Assembly: GCA_032718475.1 (NCBI GenBank)
Contig: JAUCBJ010003636.1
Location: forward strand, 1-39,827
Reading direction: 5' to 3'
DNA length: 39,827 bases
DNA from: Nemertoderma westbladi
Lineage: Eukaryota > Animalia > Xenacoelomorpha
The position numbers and the translations under genes were made by a program. Shown here piece after piece: positions 20,993-33,381 of the stretch. A model generated the notes under the pieces. The model did no database searches. It had not been told where the DNA came from and worked only from the letters and a program-made list of their open reading frames with translations. How positions within the stretch are numbered: the first letter of the stretch is position 1; every line of letters begins with the position of its first letter.

Positions 20993-21151
20993 CTTCTGAT
21001 ATCATTGGGCATGGCAACCAATAAGAACTTGTTGATTGTGTTTGAACATGAGCGTAGGTTGGATAGTTTGTATCCGCTGGGACAGGCGCAGGTGAAGGAC
21101 TCCGAGTTTGGTAAACACAGATGGGAACACCCCCCATTGTTGGAGCCGCAC
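20993..21151 (-). CDS. LRP4: LRP4-like receptor exon (EGF after propeller 1, start of propeller 2)
   Basis: tag|G TGC... encodes [52 protein letters not shown], then |gtaagt; phase 2/2, matching the upstream exon. Confidence 0.88.
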
Positions 21152-21353
21152 CTATAGTCAGTAATAAACATAATTCGATTTATTAACCTCAGATATTAAC
21201 AGCTTCATTCTGTTAATAGAGATGCGAACTGCAATTTCAACAACTTCTAGATTACGACTCGGCGTATTAACCTTAAAAGTATCAACCATTAGTTAAAACT
21301 ATATAGGGTGGTGGTTACATGAATTTTATCTATGAATTTTACGAACATGTTAA

Positions 21354-21976
21354 GGGGGGGGGGGGGGGTGTACTGGCTTGGAAGTCAACATTTTCATATG
21401 CACACTGCACCAAAGAGCGATTAAGTAGAATACAAAATGTTCAAAGAAAATTCATTTTTGACGCCCCTTAACGGCCGGAGCTAGCATTTGTTATGCTTTA
21501 TTTTCAGAAGTTGTAACCCTTTTTTAGGAATCAGCATTGTCGATTACGTGAAAAAAATCGAGCAGATTTTTTGTTTCGTACTTTTAAAGGAAATTACTTT
21601 CGAGTGTAATTGTCTGTTTGGCGTTAGGCTCTCGGTTAGATTTTGACGGACAGACTCACAGACATACAGACAGATAAGGATAGGCCAAATTTGAATACTG
21701 ATATCAGAAATGAAGTCAAGGATAAAGAAAACCCACATATAGGGTTATTTTTAGATAGATAGTATGTTTTCTATTGTTTTGGAGACATATACTGACGGAC
21801 AGACTGACAGTAAAACGGACAGACAGCCATATCTCGAGAAGTAAGACAAATCTCGCTAAACGGTTTTCATATATTTTCACATTCATGCTCGATAAAAATG
21901 TGCTCTTAAAAACAAATTGAAACATTGAAACCCCCCCCCCCCCCCCCCCCCCCCCTCCCCTCCCCTCCCACTCCCC
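21354..21976. mobile_element. Kolobok-like non-autonomous element (TTAA flanks, GGG...CCC termini)
   Basis: TTAA|GGGG... at 21350 and ...CCCC|TTAA at 21977-21980; internal GACA microsatellite-like tracts. Confidence 0.5.
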
Positions 21977-22149
21977 TTAAGAGTACCAGGTTTTCATTTT
22001 TGCGTATAAATTATTAGGTATTACATACAGGACGAATTTGTATTTTTTAATTATTATGATTAAGTGTTTATATCCATCATTTCTCTCTTAACCTATACAG
22101 ATACTAATTCGTTTATTGTTTTGGTTAGGTAAGTACTTTCTTTGGTATC

Positions 22150-22716
22150 GTAGCGTGGCATAAGACCCTAAGTCGATTTTTGTCAGATTTTACTTTTTTA
22201 TACAATGTTACACATTAAGACAAGAGCTCTATGAGCTGGTGAAGTTTTGAACACTTTAACCAATGGGAAGTGATGATTATTACGTAATAGAGAGAATTCC
22301 AATAATCCTATTGGACAATATTTTACTGCAGAAAGGCCCTATATCTCTCCATATATGTTTTAGGCTCTCCTGAGCATTTGCTTTTTTTATAATAAACGAT
22401 ATTCTATTATTCGTGCTTAATAAAACTAGCAATTTATTACTTACGTGGCTTAAGTGTCATAAGGCCCTAAGTAAAAAAAAAGCAAATGTTCAGGAGAGCC
22501 TATAAAAGATATAGAGAGATAGAGGGCCTTTCCGCAGTAAAATATTGTCCGCTGGGATATAGGGCTTCACTTTCCCTCGCAATAATCATAACTTCCCATT
22601 GATTAAAATGTTCAAAACTTCACCAGCTGATAGAGCATGTCTTAAAGCGTGGAATTGTATGAAAAAAGTAAAATCTGACAAAAATGCACTTAGTGCCTTA
22701 TAAACACATAAGCTAC
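22150..22716. repeat. Palindromic MITE-like element (~240-bp arms)
   Basis: TTTTTGTCAGATTTTACTTTTTT / AAAAAAGTAAAATCTGACAAAAA and AGCTGGTGAAGTTTTGAACA / TGTTCAAAACTTCACCAGCT. Confidence 0.85.
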
Positions 22717-24157
22717 ATGCTATTGTTCTCAAGGAAAACAATTTAATTACTTAAATTAAAATAAAATCATTCTATTTTGTTATATACCCTATACGTTCTG
22801 TGTAGGTGACCCTTTGAGACGTTTATCATCGTAGTTCAATTTTTCAGATGGATAAATTGGCCTAAAGATGTCCAAAAAAAAACGTGAGTATATAGTTTAA
22901 CGATTGAATGTTTAACTATTTATTTTACAAAAAGAAAGTACTATTTTTTGTCCGCCATTTTTATCCGCATTTTCGAGGAATAGTAGAATGTGGGCATTTA
23001 TTCCGAGGCGTAGCCGAAGAATAAATGGCTCATTCCATGAAAAGGTGAACCTCCCCACTAATTTCGAAAAATGAGATGTAGCTTTGAATTTATACTTATT
23101 TTAGGTAAAAATGTATCGTACTTCATGAATTCAGTGCTAAAAATTGTATCAACAAAGGTGGTTTCTCAAAAATAGTCGAATTACAAATTATGCACCTGCT
23201 CTGCACAAAATGTGAATAAAAGTGTGCAAAAGTTTCGTTTCTTGTAGGCACTTCCTATGACCAATAAATTAACATTTCTGAGCTTGTACCAAATCAAAAA
23301 CAAACCCATTTTCGAATTTTTTTGGTTTAATTTAATTTCACCAGTGTTTCATTCCTCTGTAATGAAATCGATAAAGTTAATCTTGTGATGTCCCATACTT
23401 TACCTAAAATAGTGAAATTTTTAGTTTATTCACAGAGATGTAACTTAGCCTAATCACCCAGTGGAATGCAAAGCACGTTTGTGTTGCGTCATCGTATAAA
23501 ACAATTAGTTTCATCTTCACTCCCTCAGAAATATGGCGGCCAATAGAAAATTGTCCCATACTTTACCATTATAATGGCGATTACATTAGTGCACTGTATT
23601 AATGTAATATGTGAAACCTGGAGGGCAGGAGTGTTATAATGCTTTAGGGTGATAGTAGGGGGAAGCATAGAAGTATGTATTTGAACTAAGAATCATTCCT
23701 CAGTTAACTAATCTGTGAGTTTATGCATGTAAAGTCCCGTACTTTACAACTAATTTCAAAAAATTAGTTTTTTAGCAGATAAGAAGATCGGTAAGTACAG
23801 TAATTTATACATTTTCAGAAAAATGGAAATAATTTCTAAACTTTTTACAGACTACATGTGTACCAAGTTTGGTTATATTTCATCAATGATTGGCGGACTT
23901 ATTTCGGTTTTTATCAAATTTTGAAACTATCGGTCGCCCATGTGAAGTTTCCCAGGATTCCCATTCCCAGCGAAAAAAAACACATCGAAAAGGAATTTGG
24001 CCCATTCACCATCATTATGCAACTTTCGTATTTTCGACCATCTTCCCAAACAGTCTGGGAAACTTCACATGGGGGGTGTTTTGGTATTCACGTGCTGTGC
24101 GAAGTCCTCTTTTTTTGAGGGGGATGGTCTGTTGATCAGTCGGTCGGACGTTGAGTG

Positions 24158-24785
24158 AGAAGGTGGATGGGTGAGAAGGGAAGGTGGGTGGGTGGGAAGG
24201 TGGGTTAAGATGGGAATGTGGGTGGATGGGAATGTGGGAAGATGGGAATGCGGGCAGGTGGATGGGAATGTAGGAAGGTGGGAATGTGGAAAGGTGGGTG
24301 GGAATGTAGGAAGATGGGAATGTGGGAAGGTACTGTAGATGGGAATGTGGGAAGGTGGGTGGGAATGTGGAATACGGGAATGTGGGAAGATGGGAATGTG
24401 GGAAGGTGGATGGGAATGTAGGAAGGTGGATGGGAATGTAGGAAGATGGGAATGTGGGAAGGTAGATAGGAATGTGGGAAGGTGGGTGGGAATGAGGAAT
24501 ACGGGAATGTGGGAAGATGGGAATGTTGGAAGGTGGATGGGAATGTAGGAAGATGAGAATGTGGGAAGGTGGATGGGAATGTGGGAAGGTGTGTGGGAAT
24601 GTAGGAAGATGGGAATGTGGGAAGATAGGAAGGTGGATGGGAATGTAGGAAGATGGGAATGTGGGAAGGTGGATGGGAATGTAGGAAGATGGGAAGGTGG
24701 GTGAGAATGTAGGAAGATGGGAATGTGGGAAGATTATAATTTGGGAAGGTGGAAAGGTGGGAGGGAATGAGGAAGATGGGAATGT
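24158..24785 (+). repeat. GGGAATGT/GGGAAGAT purine-rich satellite, left arm
   Basis: Continuous 8-12-bp variant units GGGAATGT, GGGAAGAT and GGGAAGGTGGAT. Confidence 0.95.
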
Positions 24786-24789
24786 AAAA

Positions 24790-25335
24790 ACAACGTTTAT
24801 TGTTTTGTTTAGAAAAGCCCCCCTCTGTAACCTACTCCTTTCCTTAAATTGGTAGATAACAACACAACAACGTATATTGTTTGGTTAGAAATGCCCGCTG
24901 CTGTGACCTGCTCCTTTCTCTCAATTGGTAGGTAAAAACAACATTTATTGTTTCGTTTAGAAAAGCCCGCCTCTGTAACGTGCTCCATTCCCTCAATTTG
25001 TAACAACATCGTTTATTGTTTTGGTTAGAAAGAGCGTCCCTGTAACCTGCTCCTTTCCCTCAATTGGTAACAATATCGTTTATTGTTTTGGTTAGAAAAG
25101 CTCGTCTCTGTAACGTGCTCCATTCCCTCAATTTGTAACAACATCGTTTATTGTTTTGGTTAGAAAGAGCGTCCCTGTAACCTGCTCCTTTCTCTCAATT
25201 GGTAACAATATCGTTTATTGTTTTGGTTAGAAAAGCCAGTCTCTTAACCATCTCCTCTCCCTCAATTGGTAACAATATCGTGTATTGTTTTGGTTAGAAA
25301 AGCCCGCCTCTGTAACCTGCTCCTTTCCCTCTTTT
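24790..25335. repeat. ~66-bp tandem repeat (~8 units)
   Basis: Unit ~AACATCGTTTATTGTTTTGGTTAGAAAAGCCCGCCTCTGTAACCTGCTCCTTTCCCTCAATTGGTAAC. Confidence 0.9.
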
Positions 25336-25353
25336 GGTAGGTAAAAATAACGT

Positions 25354-26670
25354 CATTCCCATCTTCCCACATTCCGATCTCGCTACATTCCCATCTTCCT
25401 ACATTCCCACCCACATTCCCACATTCCCACCCATCTTCCCACATTCCCATCCACCTTCCCGCATTCCCATCTTCCTACATTCCCATCCAACTTCCCACAT
25501 TCCCATCTTCCTACATTCCCATCCACCTTCTCACATTCCCATCTTCCTACATTCCCACCCACCTTCCCACATTCCCACCCATCTTCCCACATTCCCATCC
25601 ACCTTCCCGCATTCCCATCTTCCTACATTCCCATCCAACTTCCCACATTCCCATCTTCCTACATTCCCACCCACATTCCCAAATTCCCATCCACCTTCCC
25701 GCATTCCCATCTTCCCACATTCCCATCTTCCTACATTCCTACCCACCTTCCCAAATTCCCATCCACCTTCCCACATTCCCATCTTCCCACATTCCCATCT
25801 TACCACATTCCCATCCACCTTCTCACATTCCCATCTTCCTACATTCCCACCCACCTTCCCACATTCCCACCCATCTTCCCACATTCCCATCCACCTTCCC
25901 GCATTCCCACATTCCCATCCATCTTCCCACATTCCCATCTTCCTACATTCCTACCCACCTTCCCAAATTCCCATCCACCTTCCCACATTCCCATCTTCCC
26001 ACATTCCCATCTACCCACATTCCCACCCACCTTCCCATCTTCCTACATTCCCACCCAACTTCCCACATATCCATCTTCCTACATTCCCACCCACCTTCCC
26101 ACATTCCCATCTTCCCACATTCCCATCCACCTTCCCGCATTCCCATCTTCCCACATTCCCATCTTCCTACATTCCCACCCACCTTCCCACATTCTCATCT
26201 TCATACATTCCCACCCACCTTCCCATCTTCCCACAATCCCACCTTCCCTCATTCCCACATTCCTACATTCCCATCTTCCCACATTCCCATCCACCTTCCC
26301 GCATTCCCATCTTCCCACATTCCCATCTTCCTACATTCCCACCCACCTTCCCGCATTCTCATCTTCCTACATTCCCACCCACCTTCCCACATTCCCATCT
26401 TCCCACCTTCCCATCATCCCACATTCCCACATTTCCATCTTCCCACATTCCCATCCACCTTCCCGCATTCCCATCTTCCCACATTCCCATCCACCTTCCC
26501 ACATTCCCATCCACCTTCCCTCATTTCCATCTCTTCCTACATTCCCACCCACCTTCCCCCATTCCCATCTTCCACATTCCCATCTTCCCACATTCCCACC
26601 TTCCCATCTTCCCACCTTCCCTCATTCCCATCTCCCCACCTTCCTACCTTCCTACCATCCCACCTTCCCA
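25354..26670 (-). repeat. Same satellite in inverted orientation, right arm
   Basis: ACATTCCC/ATCTTCCC units, the reverse complement of 24158-24785. Confidence 0.95.
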
Positions 26671-26844
26671 CCGACCGACCGACCAACCGACCGACCAAGC
26701 CACCCACCCACCTACCCAACCCACCCCTTTAAACAAATGTTGACCCATTTTATTTTGACTTTCCTGGGCACTCTGGAAAAGTTCACATGGGCCCTATCGG
26801 TACCAATAGACAGACTGTCTGATATGTGACCTTTAATTCCTTAA

Positions 26845-28387
26845 CCCTATTAGTACCGGGCTATAAAATGTTGTACAAATACCGGGGGGGGGGGGGGGTC
26901 ATATTGACCCCCCCCCCCCCCCCTCTAAAATCTACAAATATCTACGAAAACGTCTGATTTTTTGTTTGTACGTAGGTATCACTAGTCTGGATCCGACCGA
27001 AAAAAAAAATTTTCGAAAAAATGTACTGGGGTGGTTATATTGCAGCACCAAAATTACAAGTAGTGCACAATTTTCACAAAATTTGAAAGTTACATTTTCG
27101 GCTAATTATTTTTCAATACAGGTTTTCTGGGGTGCAAAATACATTGGAAAATATTTAAAAATGATATGATTACTATAAATGGCTGTTTAGTCCTCTCTGC
27201 GTAGGAAAAAAATGAAAAAAACAAGTAACCAGTACTTTTCAGTTAGAACACAAAATTTTTAATTCACTTATACGATGCTATAAATTCACATTTTCAGGTT
27301 TTCGAGGGCGCTGATTCTAATGGAATATATTTCTAATATGCCAGATCATTGCTACTTGTATTTTTCGGCGTAATTTGGCAAATTTTGGTGCTAGCACCAA
27401 ATTTCGTACCCTTCACCAAAAAGTACAAGTTTGCGATGTCCAGTGCTGTTTTTATGGATTCCATCGGATTCAGGACCCTCATAAACCCGTATAACGCAAG
27501 AAACAAGGTGATACTATCTACTGATCAATTTGCATATTTTCCAAAATTTGGTGCTGGCACAACAATTTTCACCCACTGGCACTCTTATGAAATTTTTACT
27601 GATTCCATTGAATTCAGAACCATCACAAACCCGTATAACGCAAGAAACAAGGTGACACAATCAATTGATATATTTGATGGCTTTCACACATTTTGCACCC
27701 ATATCCGAAAAATACAAGTTTGAGATGTCTAGTTCGATAATTATATATTCCACTGAATTAAGAACAGCCATAAACCTCTAAAACGCAAGAAATAAATTGT
27801 CACAAGCAATTTTATCTATTGAATGAATTTTCAAAATTTCGTGCTAGCACCAAAATTTGCACACAGCACCGAAAAATACAAGTTTGATACGCTTGGTGCA
27901 ACTCGTATATATTTCATCGAATCCAGAACCCCAAAATACCCCAATTGCGTAAAAAACAAGTTTCAAACAATCAATTTACAAAATTGACATAATTCAAAAT
28001 TTGGTGCTGGCACCAAAATTTGGCACCCACCGAAAAAAACAAGTTTGAAATTTCTAAATCAATTCATATGAATTCCATCCAATTTCTAACACCAAAAAAT
28101 CGGTGTAAATCAAAAATAGAGATATTACAATTCATATTTAATGAAATGTAATTTTCAAAAAACGTCTCAAAAAAAGTGCCAAAGGTAGGGTTAAAATATG
28201 GTGCTATAACTCGAAAAGTACCCAATATTTTTGAAAACGGTTTTCACTACTAGGAAGACAATAGATTTTTGGAAAAGTCATAAAATTTCAGATTCCCAAC
28301 TGCGTTTGTTTCAGAATTATAATAAAATAACCACGGGGGGGGGGGGGGGGTCATATTGACCCCCCCCCCCCCCCGGGTTTAATAGGG
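26845..28387. mobile_element. piggyBac-like non-autonomous element
   Basis: TTAA|CCCTATTAGTACCGGG ... CCCGGGTTTAATAGGG|TTAA; G-run/TCATATTGA/C-run hairpin near both ends; internal repeats with GTGCT(A/G)GCAC. Confidence 0.85.
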
Positions 28388-30459
28388 TTAAACCTCAGAT
28401 TTCCAAACTTTTGACAGACTTCATACGTACCAAGTTTGGTTTAATTTCATCTATAAATGACCGAGTTATACAGTATTAGCGATCAAAAATTAGACAGATG
28501 ACAGACAACTCCTCAACGGCACCCATATGCTAAAACTTAGGGTCAATTTGTGGGTCGCCTCACATTTTGCATCCATATCTTGGTTTGAAATACTTAGTTG
28601 CACTTTATTATCACTAATTATCCAGAAATTACTGTTAGGTTAAGTGTAAGAGACCATTTTGACCATAAAATTCGTACAGGTCCCGTACTTTACCTAGCAA
28701 TGTCCCATACTTTACCACACAAACCACACTGTAAAAAATTAGCAATGCAGCAATTCGTCTGATATTTATATTTTTATTTAAGCTTAATAATACAGCTTTA
28801 TTCTAAACATCAACTCAACACCGTACCTGCGCATAATTCGCTAAATTTTAGAATTGAAATCATAAAATAAAAAAAACCATTTCGTACGAATCCGTACTTT
28901 ACCTTAATTGGACAAGCTGGTGTTTTCTCAAAAGTGACTAAGTCCCGCCAAAAGCTTCGCGAAATCGAAGCTGATATTCGAAAGTTCTTTCCAAGCACAA
29001 TTTTGTGCACAACTGTGCTGTGGATAACATTGTACAGGCAATCAAAGTTGTGTACGAATGTCCCGTACTTTACTTTGGAATGAGCCAAATGCACATTCTA
29101 CTATTCTACTATTTTTGCGGATTAAAAAAAGAGAACAAAAAAATGATTTCTTTTTGTAGAAGATGTTGTTTTTCTTTTTAAAATTAAAAAAAAACCTTTT
29201 CTCCGCAAAGATGCGGACAAAAACGACTTTTTGCCCAAAATCAACCCACATTTAGAATATTGTAATATTAATTATGAATAATAATATTAAATACAATTAT
29301 TGGAAGTTGAAGGTACATTGAGCACCAGTACCGGTTGGTAGCTTGTTGGTTGGTCTCGTTGGTTGGTACCACTTATTCTTTCTTTAAAATATTCCCTTTT
29401 GAATTAGAAGTAACAAAGTTATCGCAAATTTGATGTCAATTCTGCACCATTGTGTAATTAAATAATACTAGCTACTATTAATTAGCTATATTGTGTTAGT
29501 GAAGGTGATATTCCCAGAACGTTAATCAAATAATCTTACCAAAAATTTGATTAAACTAGCTAATTGTTCAAAATATCAACTAAACATTTTAATGCTAAAT
29601 TTATGAATAATTAATTACCATCGTAATTTAATTACTGATCTAGAATAAATAATGAGAAATCAACAGAAAAATATTCTAGATCGTTGATTGGATAAATAAT
29701 TTAAAACAGAATTTTGGAATTTTGATTGGATAATTACTTTTTTGTCCGCATATGCGGACAAAAAAGTATTTCATGTCCGCATTTTTGCGGATAAAAAAGT
29801 GAATTTTTAAAAGATAAAATATTGTTTGTTTACAATTATAATTAATGTAAGAAAAATGTTGAAAACTCTAAGCAAAAGCAATTGTAATCTTTTATTAATT
29901 AATTCCTCCCCATTATAAGGAAAATAGCAAAAGGGGCATTTTATATACAATTACTTAGTTCTAGAATAATTAATTTAGTTAGATAGTAAACTAGCTAATT
30001 AACTAAAGCGCGAATTATTACGATGTAGTTCCAGTACGTACCGTACACTTACTTAGTTGGTATATTAATACTGTTATTATTAACTGAAATGAAACTAATA
30101 TAAATGTTGTCTCTAATTTAAAATCTTGTACACGATATGTGCAAGTAAGTAAGCACAGTACTGATCTATAAATGTCAATTAACTAGGATTATTATAATAT
30201 ATAAATTTCAACGTCGGCTTCAGACAGTGTTGTATAGACGTGTGCAGGGAAAGGCGGCACTAATATCAGCTCTACAACTTCGGATAATGGGGACGAATAA
30301 TTAAAATTAAGTTCTCAGTTCAGACACTGCACATAAATAAAATACATTCAACAACTCACATATACAGTAGTCTAGACGCTACGAGATATAAGATGCTGTT
30401 AATGTCAAAAAAGTTAAGACAGGACCCAGACACTCACGAGTATCAGTGTGCGCAAAAGC

Positions 30460-31539
30460 ATGTCACCAAAGATGCATAACATACCCGGCGAACCTAACAA
30501 AGCCTCCCATGTCTCCCAGATAACGAATCAACCTCCAAGGAAACGAGTACCCGATTCACCAAGAGGAGATGCCGATACGTTCAATAAGCGATTCAAATTC
30601 TCGCCATCTGTTTGCGACACATACCGGTACATAAAGGATGAAGATGGGGGAATACATGACGAGGTTGACGCACCTGACAAGGAATCAACAACCCTTAATG
30701 AAGAAACTATTGTCATCCAAGATTTTGCAGATACAAAACAAAAAGAAACCATTATCACCAATGATCTTGCAGATACAATACCTCTCAATAAGAAACCCAT
30801 TGTCATTCAGGATCTTGCATCAGATACAAAAGCCCTAAATGAAGAAACTGAGGTCACCCACGATCTTACAGATACAACACTCATCAATGAAGAAAGCCAA
30901 GCCATTAATGATGTTGCAGATACAAAACATAAAGAAACCGTTCCCGCCCATGATCTCTCTGATCCAATACCTCTCAATAAGGAACCCATTATCGCACGCA
31001 ATCTTCCAGATCCAAGACATAAAGAAACTATTGCCATTCGTGATCTTCCAGATCCAAAAATCCCTAATCAGGAACCCATTCTCACACGTAATCTTCCAGA
31101 TCCAACACAAAGTATTAAGGAAACTGCACTCAACCTTAATCAAATCGAAAGATTTGGTCAAGGAAGTGTATTGAAGCATCTAATAAACCCCGCATTATAT
31201 GAGAGAGAAATTACACTCGGAAGCAATGATAGGAAAGGGAACACAAATATAAACCAGAACAAAGGCGAGCAAGTTGTCGATGATGTAATAGATGGATCAG
31301 GGAGCGAAGTCTGGAAAAATTGGGAGTCAATGTCCCACATGTTTAAACGAAACCGAACTGCGACCCCAAACGCAAGGGTTCGAGAAAATAGCCCGATCTT
31401 TGAGATAGTCAGTGGTTCGAGGTGGTTCGAAGATAATAATATTCGCGATCTAAAGACGCAGCAACTAGTAGACAAAGCGTCGCCATTAGAGATTCGACAA
31501 AGTCCTAAGAAGAAACACAATGGGGGTCTATTCCGCTAA
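30460..31539 (+). CDS. Orphan ORF (~359 aa from the first ATG) with degenerate internal repeats, antisense within an LRP4 intron
   Basis: Long stop-free frame in AT-rich DNA; repeats like [N/H/Q]DL[A/P]DT..KET / LNxEPI; basic motifs PPRKR, KRFK and SPKKKH; AATAAA at ~31730; no recognised family. Confidence 0.5.
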   Translation: MSPKMHNIPGEPNKASHVSQITNQPPRKRVPDSPRGDADTFNKRFKFSPSVCDTYRYIKDEDGGIHDEVDAPDKESTTLNEETIVIQDFADTKQKETIITNDLADTIPLNKKPIVIQDLASDTKALNEETEVTHDLTDTTLINEESQAINDVADTKHKETVPAHDLSDPIPLNKEPIIARNLPDPRHKETIAIRDLPDPKIPNQEPILTRNLPDPTQSIKETALNLNQIERFGQGSVLKHLINPALYEREITLGSNDRKGNTNINQNKGEQVVDDVIDGSGSEVWKNWESMSHMFKRNRTATPNARVRENSPIFEIVSGSRWFEDNNIRDLKTQQLVDKASPLEIRQSPKKKHNGGLFR

Positions 31540-31773
31540 AAATATATTTAATACTTAATCTTCAGGAGATAGACAACAAATAGTTTCGATAAACCACCGA
31601 ATAATAAGAGAGAATCAGTAGCCGCTTGTTAAAACGTACAGTAAACCGAACATACTGTACCTAATCAAATAACATAAACTCATCATTGGTTGGTGCCTTT
31701 ATCTAGAACAATATTTGCTACCAAAACTCAAATAAAATCTTACTGTCAATGTTTTTAGAGGACGCCTAATTAA

Positions 31774-31934
31774 TTATGTTACCAAAATGATGTTCTTATG
31801 TTACCAAAATGATGTTCTTATGTTACCAAAATGATGTTCTTATGTTACCAAAATGATGTTCTTATGTTACCAAAATGATGTTCTTATGTTACCAAAATGA
31901 TGTTATGTTACCAAAATGATGATATGTTACCAAA
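31774..31934. repeat. 22-bp tandem repeat (~7 units)
   Basis: Unit TTATGTTACCAAAATGATGTTC. Confidence 0.92.
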
Positions 31935-32018
31935 CTAATCCCGTCACGAAACTAATCCCGATTTGACCAACCTTTTCCCAACGTTATAAATGCTGCAATG
32001 TGATTGTATCTCTCTAAC

Positions 32019-32180
32019 CTGTTTCTCCCTTCACCCTGTCGCAATGGATGTACCACCTGTAGATCCATCGGGAAGTCTATGCGGTCCCAAACCACGGCTT
32101 CCCGCTTCCCTGTCATCCGATTTGCACTGTTTATACTTTGACTCTTCCAGTCTGTCCAGTAAACTTTATCTTCGAAAACA
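32019..32180 (-). CDS. LRP4: LRP4-like exon (end of YWTD propeller 1)
   Basis: cag|T GTT... encodes VFEDKVYWTDWKSQSINSANRMTGKREAVVWDRIDFPMDLQVVHPLRQGEGRN, then |gttaga; not in the ORF track. Confidence 0.9.
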
Positions 32181-32541
32181 CTGAAAAGTTATTCGCAATA
32201 AAAGGTGGGAATTATTTTGATTTTTAATACAAGTAATTATACAAACTTATATTACAAATTAACATATTGTGGTTTATATTATTAAAGTTGGTGGGGTTGG
32301 TACACTTCTTGGAATATTTTTTTAATTTAATTAAAAAATTTAAATTTAAAAATCTGCCGGATCTCTGAATTATGCTGAATAATATCTTATAGTTAAAGTT
32401 CAAAGGTGAAAAAAGATCATGTATGATCCGCGACTTAACAAGTTAATAACCAAATACAGTAGATAACAGTTACAGAGAGCTTTTAGTAAACCAAACCACG
32501 AACAGTTAAAATAGATATACAGTATGTTAATGTAAACTCAC

Positions 32542-32734
32542 GTAATAGCGAATGGGTGTTCTAATCCTTCTGTGAGTAACACGCGCCTCCTAGTGCCGTC
32601 CAACTGCGCACACTCTATGATATGGAGTTTCGCGTCTGTCCAGTAGATGGTGTCGGTAATGTAGTCTATGGTAATCCCGTTGGGCCACTTGAGTTCGGAT
32701 GAAACTACAGTAGCTCGGTTGGTTCCGTCCATAT
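32542..32734 (-). CDS. LRP4: LRP4-like exon (YWTD repeats)
   Basis: cag|AT ATG... encodes MDGTNR..WPNGITIDY..YWTDAKLHIIE..HPFAI, then |gtgagt. Confidence 0.92.
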
Positions 32735-32907
32735 CTGGGAGAGTTTGAGAATATTGTGCAGAATATTAATAAATTGAGCATAATAAAGCCAAAACAACAC
32801 TCACCAAAAAAGTAATTTCGAGAGAAAAAAATAACTAAAAAACTATACAGTATAACATTAGCGTGGTGCGTCCCTTCAAAGCATTCGTGCCGAAACGAAA
32901 ACTGTCC

Positions 32908-32977
32908 TGGCCCCCATGCGGGGTCGAACCAACGACCTAGAGATGTGTATTAAAAGAAACCACTACGCCAAAGTGCT
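32908..32977 (-). other. Degenerate tRNA-derived (SINE-head-like) segment at the start of an LRP4 intron
   Basis: A-box TGGCGTAGTGG and B-box GGTTCGACCC on the minus strand at tRNA-like spacing; the acceptor stem does not pair. Confidence 0.5.
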
Positions 32978-32980
32978 AAC

Positions 32981-33381
32981 CTGCTCTCTCTATCCTCGGC
33001 GCGGTCCCCCAATCCGACCAGTAGATCTCGGCGCGCCGGGGGTGCGCCACTATGGCGCGCGGTTTCTCCAGGTCTCCGTGCACCAACACCCGCCTGTGCA
33101 GCCCGTCCAGCCGCGAGACCTCGATACGTCCGGTCTCCGCGTCCGTCCAGAACAGCAACCCGTGGACCCAGTCCACGGCCAGACCCGCCGGCGTCTTCAG
33201 GCCGGCGTGAACCACGGTGGTGAGACCGGACCCGTCCAGGTTGGCCAATAGGATCGCGTCTAGACTGAGGTCGCTCCAGTAGACCGCGTTATTGGCCAGA
33301 TGGTAGTCAACCGCTATCGCGTTCTGGAGGTTTTCCAGGACGTTAGTGTATTCGATAAAACTCTCATCAATGCCAACCCTC
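32981..33381 (-). CDS. LRP4: LRP4-like exon (YWTD propeller 1)
   Basis: tag|G AGG... encodes RVGIDESFIEYTNVLENLQNAIAVDYH..VYWSD..GLKTPAGLAVDWVH..FWTD..LEKPRAI..YWSDWGTAPRIERA, then G|gttagc. Confidence 0.92.

Noticed and set aside
24218-26743. Pro/His-rich 469-aa ORF and MGMWE-type ORFs
   Set aside because: Low-complexity satellite translations with shifting unit phase.
32908-32977. Functional tRNA gene
   Set aside because: No acceptor-stem pairing and a disrupted anticodon arm.
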